A stretch of DNA of 54,508 nt. Source: Muribaculaceae bacterium (GTDB lineage Bacteria > Bacteroidota > Bacteroidia > Bacteroidales > Muribaculaceae). Position numbers and translations under genes: made by a program. Below, piece after piece: positions 1 to 7,961 of this stretch; position 1 is the stretch's first letter; the number at the start of each line of letters is the position of its first letter. The notes below the pieces were generated by a model that worked only from the letters and a program-made list of their open reading frames with translations, searched no databases and had not been told where the DNA came from. Location: NCBI GenBank assembly GCA_017520235.1, contig JAFXGB010000015.1, positions 1 to 54,508 on the forward strand, in the 5' to 3' direction.

Positions 1-897
1 AATATGTACACCTGTAAATGAAGCATCATAAGGAGTCATGCAGTAGTATTGCAATCCGGGGATTGTGTGCATGCCTTCTTCCGGCATATCTTGTTGAGTA
101 AGTACGATTGTCAACTCTTTAGCACGGTCGTTGCGATAGTTGAAAAAGATAACAACATCCCCCTCTTTAATAGTTCCGTCAACATTTGCATTAGAGATTG
201 GTTTGATAAATTCGTCTGTTACATCAGCGTCATATGATGCTTGCATTGCAGCAGGGAGGTCAGTAACTTTTTCGCCAATGCCATTAACAAGAAGATCATA
301 AGCAACTTTTACGCGTTCCCAACGTTTGTCGCGGTCCATTGCATAGTAACGGCCAACGATAGATGCAATTTTGCCAGCTGATTTAGCGCAATGAGCTTCT
401 ACCTCTTCGATAAATCCTTTGCCACTACGAGGGTCGGTATCGCGACCATCCATGAAGCAATGAATAAATACATTGCTAAGGTCATAATGTTTCGCGATGT
501 CGCAAAGAGCAAACAAGTGGTCAAGAGAAGAGTGTACACCACCATTAGAGGTCAATCCCATGAAGTGGATTGATTTGTTGTTTTCTTTGGCGTATGAGAA
601 AGCATTTTTGATTTCAGTATTTTCAAGTATTGAGCCTGATTGACATGCTTTATTGATTTTCACAAGGTCTTGGTACAATACACGACCTACTCCAATATTT
701 AGGTGGCCTACTTCAGAGTTGCCCATTTGTCCGTCGGGCAAACCTACATTTTCACCACTTGCTTGTAGTTGTGAATTGGGATAAGTGCTTGTTAGATAGT
801 CCCAATAGGGAGTTGGAGTAGAGAAGATAACATCGCTTTTTGTTTTGTTACCGATGCCCCAACCATCCAATATCATAAGAAGAGCTTTCTTTGCCAT
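1..897 (-). CDS. gpmI: 2,3-bisphosphoglycerate-independent phosphoglycerate mutase; C-terminal end cut by the window edge
   Basis: Absent from the ORF track because it is open at the window edge. The reverse complement of 895-897 is ATG. My translation reads [19 protein letters not shown]... and later [21 protein letters not shown], which contains the GNSEVGH metal-site motif of iPGM. Confidence 0.85.
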   Translation of the reverse strand, partial: MAKKALLMILDGWGIGNKTKSDVIFSTPTPYWDYLTSTYPNSQLQASGENVGLPDGQMGNSEVGHLNIGVGRVLYQDLVKINKACQSGSILENTEIKNAFSYAKENNKSIHFMGLTSNGGVHSSLDHLFALCDIAKHYDLSNVFIHCFMDGRDTDPRSGKGFIEEVEAHCAKSAGKIASIVGRYYAMDRDKRWERVKVAYDLLVNGIGEKVTDLPAAMQASYDADVTDEFIKPISNANVDGTIKEGDVVIFFNYRNDRAKELTIVLTQQDMPEEGMHTIPGLQYYCMTPYDASFTGVHI

Positions 898-1064
898 AAT
901 TTTGTTTGTTTTAATTGATTATTTCCTGACTGCAAAATTACAAAAACTTTGCCACATATCATATTAATAATGTATTGACGATTATAGAAGTTGCAAATAT
1001 TTTGTGGATAAAATGATTTTTTTTGTTAAGTTTGTAAAAATAATAATTTATATATATCAAGGAG

Positions 1065-2045
1065 ATGAGAAAGATTTTATGTTTTATGATGGTGCTTGTC
1101 GCATTAATCTCAAGCGCTCAAATAGATATTGAAAACTCTAAGGTTGATATTACAGCATATTGGTCTAAAGGGGATAAATATAAATATGAAAAGGAGTTGT
1201 TTGATTATACAATTCAAGGGACTGATACAATATATAACGGGGGTGCGCTCGATGTGTTTACTCTTGAAGTTGTAGATACTATGCCTGATGGTTATATAGT
1301 GGAGTATCGCAGTCTATCGCAAGAGGTATATATGAGTGATCCAACAATGAAAAATCTCTTAGAATTAGCTTATAGTGCAATAAGAGAGTTCCCTATTAGG
1401 TATAAGACTGATATACATGGTTCTTTGCTTGATGTAGTTAATTTTGAAGAATATTCTAACGCTGTAGCTGGTGGAATCGATATCATATTTAGTGAACTTA
1501 ATTTAAGACTGAAAGAAGAAAATATTGATAAGGCAAGTTGTGATTCAATGAATATTGTTATAACAACTGCTTTAGAAAGAGTTAAGAAAGATCGACTCAG
1601 TAAGCCAAATTTATTAGCTGATAATCCATTAAGATTGCCGTTTGGCTTCCATGGAAGGAGTTGGAAACTAAATCACGGCGATATTTCATATCTCAAAGCT
1701 CCATCGCCTTGGAACACAAATGAAATGGTTGATGTTGAGTGTGAGATATATATTCCAGAACTTAATCCAGAAACTTCGTGGGTAAACGCGGTTATGAATC
1801 AGTATTATAATAGAGACCAATTGAAACCATCGTATTCAGAAGCACTTAAGAATTTATTTTCTTCACTTGGGCGTCAATTAGATTTGAGTACTGTCTCTTT
1901 AGATGTTGATGTAGCTAATCATCTTTCGCTATATGTTCATACTAATACCGGTTGGGTCGATAATGTGTATTATCAATCAAGAATAGAGGCTTCTGGTCAG
2001 GTGAAAATCAAGGGTTGGACAATGAATTTAGTATTTGATGAATAA
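1065..2045 (+). CDS. hypothetical secreted protein with no domain I recognise
   Basis: 326-aa ORF with an N-terminal signal peptide (MRKILCFMMVLVALISSAQ). A TAAGTTTG -7-like box lies at 1027-1034, with TTTG at 1001-1004. A terminator follows. Confidence 0.6.
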   Translation: MRKILCFMMVLVALISSAQIDIENSKVDITAYWSKGDKYKYEKELFDYTIQGTDTIYNGGALDVFTLEVVDTMPDGYIVEYRSLSQEVYMSDPTMKNLLELAYSAIREFPIRYKTDIHGSLLDVVNFEEYSNAVAGGIDIIFSELNLRLKEENIDKASCDSMNIVITTALERVKKDRLSKPNLLADNPLRLPFGFHGRSWKLNHGDISYLKAPSPWNTNEMVDVECEIYIPELNPETSWVNAVMNQYYNRDQLKPSYSEALKNLFSSLGRQLDLSTVSLDVDVANHLSLYVHTNTGWVDNVYYQSRIEASGQVKIKGWTMNLVFDE

Positions 2046-2068
2046 AATATAATTACCAAATATAATTT

Positions 2069-2098
2069 TAAAAAATCGGCTTGACTGCCGATTTTTTA
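2069..2098. terminator. bidirectional intrinsic terminator between convergent genes
   Basis: Hairpin ATCGGC-TTGACT-GCCGAT (2075-2092), flanked by an A-run on the left and a T-run on the right. Confidence 0.65.
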
Positions 2099-2668
2099 TT
2101 TAGAGTAAATATTTTTCAAGCAGTTAATGGATGAAATATTATAAATTGCTCCCATCATTGCCCCACCGCCAAAATTTAATTCTTTTAGATAGGGTATCTT
2201 ATCTAATGTTACTCCTCCTAATGCGATTATCTTTTTGTCAATTATACCATCCTCAGAGGCCTTTCGCAACACTTCCGCGCTAAACTTTGATTTATAACCA
2301 TGTTTAGAAATACTATCGAAAATAGGACTTAAAAAAAGGTAATCATAATTATTTTTATATATTTTGAGTTCTTCTATAGAATGGCAAGAACGTGTCTTAA
2401 ATCCGTTATAGTTATTGGGTAGATTTGTAATATTTCTATTTATATGAATACCTTTTAGGGAGAATTCAAAATATAATTCTGGGTAATCGTGGATTATAAT
2501 TTTTGCCCTTTGTGCGTCGGTTAATTCATATAGTAGTTTACGACATTCATCGATATTAGAATCGGGCTTTCGTAAGTGAACAGTGTTGATACCCCTATCT
2601 ATTAAAGACTTAATAATAGGGGTATCTTCAATTGTTACTTTAGGCGTTGTTATCGCAATAATTTTCAT
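2096..2668 (-). CDS. short ThiE-fold protein (thiamine-phosphate synthase / TenI-like), last gene of the thi operon
   Basis: 190 aa with a TIM-barrel ThiE/TenI-like pattern (VHLRKP..., SCHSIEE, YLFLSPIFDSISK, ALGGV). Its start overlaps the thi4 stop by 4 nt. Confidence 0.65.
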   Translation of the reverse strand: MKIIAITTPKVTIEDTPIIKSLIDRGINTVHLRKPDSNIDECRKLLYELTDAQRAKIIIHDYPELYFEFSLKGIHINRNITNLPNNYNGFKTRSCHSIEELKIYKNNYDYLFLSPIFDSISKHGYKSKFSAEVLRKASEDGIIDKKIIALGGVTLDKIPYLKELNFGGGAMMGAIYNISSINCLKNIYSK

Positions 2669-3438
2669 TTAGATAATTTATCGATAATAAGGTCGGCAAC
2701 TTTCTTTCCCGAGAGTAACATACCACCAAAGATTGGACCCATGCGAGGTGTCCCACTTACAGCCGAAGCTGCCATGCCGCAAACATATAGACCGGGATAA
2801 ATTTCTTTAGTCCCATTAACAACTTCCTCCTCTCCTGATATAACATCTAATGAACGTTCTCCAATTACATCGCCAGTATCAGTAGCAAGTCGTATCCCGT
2901 TTTTGCGAGCAACAGTGCGACACATTTCGCTATCATGACCGGTGCCATCAATAACACATTTTGCCATAATGTTAAGGGGATCAACATGCATGCCCTCTCT
3001 TAAAACAGGGGTCCAATTTACGACAACACCACTTACTATATCGTTTTTGAAAATAACATCTTCAACAGAGTAGCAGTTAAAAATCGTGGCACCTGCATGT
3101 ACCGCTTTGTATAGTAGTGCCGATGTGCTCTCAACAGAGTCCATTACATAGAGATTGTCGTTGTATTGTTCAAAATTGATATCAAACTCTTTAATGATGT
3201 GAAGAGCCTCTTCTTGTACAACAATCTGATTAAACATCATTGCTCCGCCCCACATACCCCCTCCAGGAGATAACTTCCTGTCAAACTGAGCTACTTTTAA
3301 TCCGGACTTAGCAAGATAGTAGGCAGCAACTATACCAGATGGACCTCCGCCAACAATGGCAACATCTAAATCTAAATTTTTTTCTAATTTGTTGAAATAG
3401 GAACAAATAATACCTTGTGAAACATTCTTTTCGATCAT
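2665..3438 (-). CDS. thi4: Thi4-family thiazole synthase (eukaryote/archaeal type), non-Cys (His) variant
   Basis: Dinucleotide-binding motif VAIVGGGPSGIVAAYYLA, then PGGGMWGGAMMF, NWTPV...MHVDPLN, DGTGHDSE and a MGPIFGGMLLSG C-terminus. All are typical of Thi4/THI1. Confidence 0.8.
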   Translation of the reverse strand: MIEKNVSQGIICSYFNKLEKNLDLDVAIVGGGPSGIVAAYYLAKSGLKVAQFDRKLSPGGGMWGGAMMFNQIVVQEEALHIIKEFDINFEQYNDNLYVMDSVESTSALLYKAVHAGATIFNCYSVEDVIFKNDIVSGVVVNWTPVLREGMHVDPLNIMAKCVIDGTGHDSEMCRTVARKNGIRLATDTGDVIGERSLDVISGEEEVVNGTKEIYPGLYVCGMAASAVSGTPRMGPIFGGMLLSGKKVADLIIDKLSK

Positions 3439-3453
3439 AATATTATGCGTTTA

Positions 3454-4095
3454 TTAGTGTTGAAAAATTATATTTTTTATCTGATTCATTTCTTTTATCG
3501 GATTGTCGGCATTGAGAACACTGCTACTTAACGCAATGCCATTAATTCCATCGTTTAATAATATTGGGATGTCGTTTTTGCATATCCCACCTATGGCAAT
3601 AAGAGGAATGTTAATCTTTTGTCCTCTCATTTTCAGGATTATATTTTTGTATCCATCGTAGCCAAGTGTTGGCGCCAGATTCTTTTTTGTTGATGTGAAA
3701 CGGAGTGGGCCACAGCCGAAATAATTTGGCGTAGCAACTTGAATGACAGACAAGATATCATTAAAAGAATTTACGGTGCTGCCAATAATAAATCTATCTC
3801 CAAGTATTTTTCGAGCTGTTGTAATTGTCATATCGTTTTTGCCAAGATGTACGCCATCTGCTTTTAATTTTTTTGCAAGAAAAACGTTATTATCAATTAT
3901 AAAAGTTGCTCCATAATCTTTACACATTCTTTGTATTATTATGGCAGCTTCTTCCAATAAAGATTCCGATGCACCCTTCATGCGCAGTTGTATCCAACGG
4001 CACCCTCCTTTTAATGCAATGAGAGCCGATTCAATATGTGAATATTTGTTGTTACAATGGGTTATAAATTGTAATCTACAATTGTCAGATATCAT
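3454..4095 (-). CDS. thiE: thiamine-phosphate synthase
   Basis: 213 aa with ThiE-like motifs (IQLRMK, ADGVHLGKNDM, GCGPLRFTSTK, IAIGGI). It overlaps the thiD stop by 11 nt. Confidence 0.8.
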   Translation of the reverse strand: MISDNCRLQFITHCNNKYSHIESALIALKGGCRWIQLRMKGASESLLEEAAIIIQRMCKDYGATFIIDNNVFLAKKLKADGVHLGKNDMTITTARKILGDRFIIGSTVNSFNDILSVIQVATPNYFGCGPLRFTSTKKNLAPTLGYDGYKNIILKMRGQKINIPLIAIGGICKNDIPILLNDGINGIALSSSVLNADNPIKEMNQIKNIIFQH

Positions 4096-4915
4096 TGAAT
4101 AGCATTTTAGATGGATTGAAACTGTGGTTTACCGGACCATGACCATGACCTATTTCGATGTCGGCTCCTGATATTATTGCTTGTTCAATAAAATGTTTAG
4201 CCGATAGGGCTGCCATAGTCAAATTTTCGCCACGAGCAAGAGCAGAGGCAAATGCCGATGAAAGCGTGCATCCGGTGCCGTGAGTATTTCGTGTATTAAC
4301 GCGTTTAGATGGCAGTAGTGTAAAGGTATCCTCCTCTGCATTATAGAAATAATCCACAAGAGTATCGCCATCGAGATGCCCGGCTTTTAAAAGAACAGAG
4401 ATACTTTTATTGTTAGATAATTTTCGTGCAATATCCTTGAAATCTTGTTCCCCTGTAATTTTACATCCGGTGAGTATTTCTGCTTCCGGAATATTAGGTG
4501 TAATCACACGAGCTAATGGGATTAATCGCTGTTTAATATGTTCAATTGCATTTTCTTCTATTAACTGATGCCCTGAGGTTGAAACCATTACAGGATCAAG
4601 CACAACATTTGTAATGCCATATTGCTTAATCTTGTTAGCAACGAGATTTACAACTTCGGCTGAGTGAAGCATTCCTATTTTTATTGCATCTGTTCCTATA
4701 TCTGAAAGAACAGCGTCAATTTGCCCCTCTAAAATATCCAAAGGAACAGGGAGTACGGCTTGTACACCAATAGTATTTTGTACGGTTACCGCTGTTATTG
4801 CTGTTGTGGCATAACAACCCATTGCGCTTATCGCTTTTATGTCGGCTTGTATGCCTGCGCCACCTCCGGAATCACTGCCGGCGATTGTCAGGACTCTATA
4901 ATATTTTTGTACCAT
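4085..4915 (-). CDS. thiD: hydroxymethylpyrimidine / phosphomethylpyrimidine kinase
   Basis: N-terminal VLTIAGSDSGGGAGIQADIKA, plus DPVMVSTSG and the THGTGCTLSSA anion hole. This is the classic ThiD pattern. Confidence 0.9.
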   Translation of the reverse strand: MVQKYYRVLTIAGSDSGGGAGIQADIKAISAMGCYATTAITAVTVQNTIGVQAVLPVPLDILEGQIDAVLSDIGTDAIKIGMLHSAEVVNLVANKIKQYGITNVVLDPVMVSTSGHQLIEENAIEHIKQRLIPLARVITPNIPEAEILTGCKITGEQDFKDIARKLSNNKSISVLLKAGHLDGDTLVDYFYNAEEDTFTLLPSKRVNTRNTHGTGCTLSSAFASALARGENLTMAALSAKHFIEQAIISGADIEIGHGHGPVNHSFNPSKMLFNDI

Positions 4916-4930
4916 AATTTATGAAAACGT

Positions 4931-6250
4931 TTATATCCATTCTTTTAAAGAATTCATGTAGTCATAGGATTTGTTATCTCCATCGTAGCCATAATCCCAA
5001 AAGGCATATTCGCAAAGAGCCGCTTTTAAGTAGAATTGTCTCATTTTGTCGCGGGTATCGCTATCGATATTTTCTGCCCATTTGTCGATAATATCAAGGA
5101 CCATGTTTACACCATCGGTGAATTCTTCATTGCCATATTCAAGAATCCATTCTTTATATGGATTGTTTTCCAATGTTGCAGTATTTAAAATGTGAAGACC
5201 GACACGATTGTATATCCACATGCATGGTAACATCGTTGCTAATGCGATACATCGGTTATTACTATTTATTCCTTCGTTGATGAGGCTGTTATAATTAGAG
5301 GTAACTTCTGAAACCGGAACAGTAGTACAGATATTGTATTTGCTAATGAGGAATTTATGCATAAGTTTTTCCCCCTCTATGCCACTTTTTGCAAATGTGA
5401 CGAATAGCTCTTTGTTTTTAGGAGTATCCATCATCTCGGCAAGAGCAAACATTTGCTGATAATAGTTTTTAAGATAAATTTCATCTTGCGCAATATATCG
5501 AGCAAAGCGTTCTAATTCTAAAGTTCCATCAGAGAGTTTCTTAATGAACTTTTGCTCTATGATAGCTTTGTAAATACCTTCTGACTTCTCCCAAATCTCT
5601 TTACTCCATTTCCTTTGAACGTTGGACTTTACTATTGTCATTAATTCTGATGCTGCAAGAGTGGGGTTTTCGGCAGAACATATTGCACTTACGACAGCAA
5701 TACCATCGCAACCGGTTAGCATCACTTCTTTAGCAGTATCTTTATTCATGCCTCCAATGGCAACAGTGGGATGTATTGATAAAGCAACGGCTTTACGAAG
5801 CCCATCTAAGCCAAAAGGCTCTGCGGTGTCGGTTTTAGTTGGAGTACCAAATACCGGAGAAATACCTATATAATCCACATCAAGGGTGTTTGCAATCTCA
5901 ATATCATTGAAATTCTCTACCGAGAGACCTATGATTTTATCTTTTCCGATGAGTCTTCTGGCATCCTCATATGCCATATCGCTTTGCCCAATGTGAACAC
6001 CGTCGGCATTCACGGCCATAGCAACATCTACTCTGTCATTAATAATAAGAGGGATGTTTAATGGCTTTAAAACAGACATAAGTCGGCGTGCTAATTTTAC
6101 AAATTCACCGGTATCAGTATCCTTTTCTCGCAATTGTACCATTGTGACACCTCCGTCAACAGCTTTGGCTACAATCTCTTCCAATGACCGACCAAGAGAT
6201 AGCGAGCGATCGGTAACCAAGTAAAGTGATAAATCAAAATATTTTTTCAT
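4931..6250 (-). CDS. thiE: bifunctional thiamine-phosphate synthase (N-terminal) / TenA aminopyrimidine aminohydrolase (C-terminal) fusion
   Basis: The N-terminal ~205 aa are ThiE-like (LYLVTDR, VQLREKD, ADGVHIGQSDM, GISPVFGTPTK, VAIGGM). The C-terminal ~225 aa are TenA/PqqC-like (FIKKLSDGTLELERFARYIAQDEIYL, LPCMWIYNRVG with the catalytic-type Cys). Confidence 0.8.
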   Translation of the reverse strand: MKKYFDLSLYLVTDRSLSLGRSLEEIVAKAVDGGVTMVQLREKDTDTGEFVKLARRLMSVLKPLNIPLIINDRVDVAMAVNADGVHIGQSDMAYEDARRLIGKDKIIGLSVENFNDIEIANTLDVDYIGISPVFGTPTKTDTAEPFGLDGLRKAVALSIHPTVAIGGMNKDTAKEVMLTGCDGIAVVSAICSAENPTLAASELMTIVKSNVQRKWSKEIWEKSEGIYKAIIEQKFIKKLSDGTLELERFARYIAQDEIYLKNYYQQMFALAEMMDTPKNKELFVTFAKSGIEGEKLMHKFLISKYNICTTVPVSEVTSNYNSLINEGINSNNRCIALATMLPCMWIYNRVGLHILNTATLENNPYKEWILEYGNEEFTDGVNMVLDIIDKWAENIDSDTRDKMRQFYLKAALCEYAFWDYGYDGDNKSYDYMNSLKEWI

Positions 6251-7041
6251 TGTCTTAGTGTTTCAACAAGGGTATCTTCTGTAATATTATATAATGTATC
6301 TATAAAATTAGTTAGCAAAGAGCCAGGACCGGCTGAATTACGGGATGCTATCTCTCCAGCAATTCCCATAAGAGCCATTGCATGTACTGAAGCATCGAAA
6401 TGGTTAGTGTTGACAGCTGCGAAAGCACCCACCATTGATGATGCAGTACACCCCATTGCTGTAACGCAAGGCATCATTCGAGAGCCATTACTGATTTTTT
6501 CAACTCTTTTGCCATCAGTAATATAATCAATTTCTCCGCTGATAACAACTATGGCTCCAGTGCGATTAGCAAGTTTTAGGGCTGAATCAACAGCATCTTC
6601 TGAACGACAACTGCTATCAACACCTTTACTCTTAACATCAGCATTAAGCAGAGCCATTATTTCAGACGCATTTCCGCGTATAATGTTGGGATGACATTCC
6701 TCAATAATTCGCCAAGCGGTCTTTGTGCGATAAACAGTTGCGCCAACACCTACGGGGTCCATAATAACGACTCCTTCGGAGTCATGTTTGGCCTTCCCGG
6801 CTATAATCATTGACTCTATCCATTCAGCATCCAATGTGCCAATGTTTATCACTAATGCTCCAGCCATTAGAGCCATTTCTGCAACCTCTTCGGTGGCATG
6901 AGACATTACCGGGGAAGCTCCGATTGCTAATAATGCATTTGCACTGAAATTCATTGCTACATAATTAGTAATGTTATGTACCAATGGTGATTTCTCTTTT
7001 ACTGCGCGAAAATTCGCTTTAAAATTTTCGTTGTTAATCAT
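6247..7041 (-). CDS. thiM: hydroxyethylthiazole kinase
   Basis: Motifs NITNYVAMNFSANALLAIGASPVM, DPVGVGAT, IRGNASEI and MPCVTAMGCT are ThiM-like. There is a 4-nt overlap with the downstream gene. Confidence 0.88.
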   Translation of the reverse strand: MINNENFKANFRAVKEKSPLVHNITNYVAMNFSANALLAIGASPVMSHATEEVAEMALMAGALVINIGTLDAEWIESMIIAGKAKHDSEGVVIMDPVGVGATVYRTKTAWRIIEECHPNIIRGNASEIMALLNADVKSKGVDSSCRSEDAVDSALKLANRTGAIVVISGEIDYITDGKRVEKISNGSRMMPCVTAMGCTASSMVGAFAAVNTNHFDASVHAMALMGIAGEIASRNSAGPGSLLTNFIDTLYNITEDTLVETLRQ

Positions 7042-7048
7042 AATCGGG

Positions 7049-7750
7049 TTATTTATAGGCGGTTATTGCGACATAAGATCCTTTGTCAAATCCTTTGCAA
7101 GGCTCCTCTGCTTTTTCGTGAGAATAACAGGGTGATGCAATGAGTGTTTGGGCGAAAGATAAATTGTTAAAGCCGGCTTGTTTAATAAGTTCTATCTTTT
7201 CAGCTGTTGTGCGCCAGTTTGCTTGCTTTACTAATTCTATAGGGTAGGGCATTAAGGGAGTACATCCCTCAAGTAAAGGATGGTCCCATGTGCCTAATGA
7301 CAAGGCAAGGTTATATATAAGTCCGTAGGCACTTTCTTTAGGTACATCAATTACAACAACTTTGCCTCCATGCCGTAGAGCTGTATAGGCTTTGCTTAGT
7401 GCAACACCAAGATTTTGCATATAACAAGGGCAACCATTAAAAAGTATTGTATCGTAGTTCTCTATGCCATAGTCGGCTTCTTCTCCTGTTGCAATAATAA
7501 CATCTATACCACGTTTGCGTGCAATTTCTGCCATAGATATTGACGGCTCAATCCCTTTATTTACAAAAATGCCATATTTATCAGCTAAAATTTTTTCAAA
7601 TAAGCCACTACCGCAGCCAATAGATAAAACCTCTCCTGAATCTTTTAAGCAAGAAGCAACAAGTTTGACTTCGCTTTCAAGAACATTATTATTCTTTATA
7701 AACCAAGAATCATACTCATTTGCGTAAGAATCAAAACTTTTATATCCCAT
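7049..7750 (-). CDS. class I SAM-dependent methyltransferase of unknown substrate; first gene behind the TPP riboswitch
   Basis: Motif I VLSIGCGSGLF, an acidic residue after beta-2 (GIEPS) and ILFNGCPCY/GGKVVV place it in the Methyltransf_11-like Rossmann fold. The ATG at 7750 lies 7 nt after the riboswitch terminator U-tract. Confidence 0.7.
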   Translation of the reverse strand: MGYKSFDSYANEYDSWFIKNNNVLESEVKLVASCLKDSGEVLSIGCGSGLFEKILADKYGIFVNKGIEPSISMAEIARKRGIDVIIATGEEADYGIENYDTILFNGCPCYMQNLGVALSKAYTALRHGGKVVVIDVPKESAYGLIYNLALSLGTWDHPLLEGCTPLMPYPIELVKQANWRTTAEKIELIKQAGFNNLSFAQTLIASPCYSHEKAEEPCKGFDKGSYVAITAYK

Positions 7751-7756
7751 AGTTCT

Positions 7757-7794
7757 AAAAAAATAAAAGCCGTACTCCTAAAAAGGAATACGGC
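7757..7794 (-). terminator. riboswitch expression platform: intrinsic terminator / attenuator
   Basis: The minus strand reads GCCGTATTCC-TTTTT-AGGAGTACGGC followed by TTTTATTTTTTT. It sits between the TPP aptamer and the first start codon. Confidence 0.75.
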
Positions 7795-7835
7795 ATATGT
7801 ATATATATTAATATCAATATCAACAAAAAACACTA

Positions 7836-7919
7836 CCGTTTCCCTGCGCTGTTATTATACATATCAGGTTCATAGGGTATAATCTCAGCCAAGCCAAAGG
7901 CTTAGCACCCCTAACGACA
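7836..7919 (-). promoter_or_regulatory. TPP (THI-box) riboswitch aptamer
   Basis: The minus strand reads CGTTAGGGGTGCTAAGCCTTTGGCTTGGCTGAGATTATACCCTATGAACCTGATATGTATAATAACAGCGCAGGGAAACGG. It contains the conserved GGGGUGC, CUGAGA, ACCC, AACCUGAU and GCGNAGGGAA blocks, plus a P1 pairing CGUU/AACG. Confidence 0.9.
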
Positions 7920-7922
7920 TTG

Positions 7923-7930
7923 CAAATGTA
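7923..7930 (-). promoter_or_regulatory. Bacteroidetes -7 promoter box for the thi leader
   Basis: The reverse complement is TACATTTG (TAnnTTTG), about 5 nt upstream of the aptamer 5' end. I found no clean -33 TTTG. Confidence 0.5.
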
Positions 7931-7961
7931 TAAAAAATTTTTGAATAGAAATAAATCAGAC

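Noticed and set aside
5622-5873. Antisense or alternative-frame ORFs inside long genes. Examples are 5622-5873, 8033-8914, 10578-11257, 22731-23090, 25629-26268, 31441-34134, 40864-41310, 43446-43892 and 53056-53493.
   Set aside because: Each lies wholly within a longer ORF that carries clear family motifs on the other strand or frame. None has its own promoter or terminator signals.
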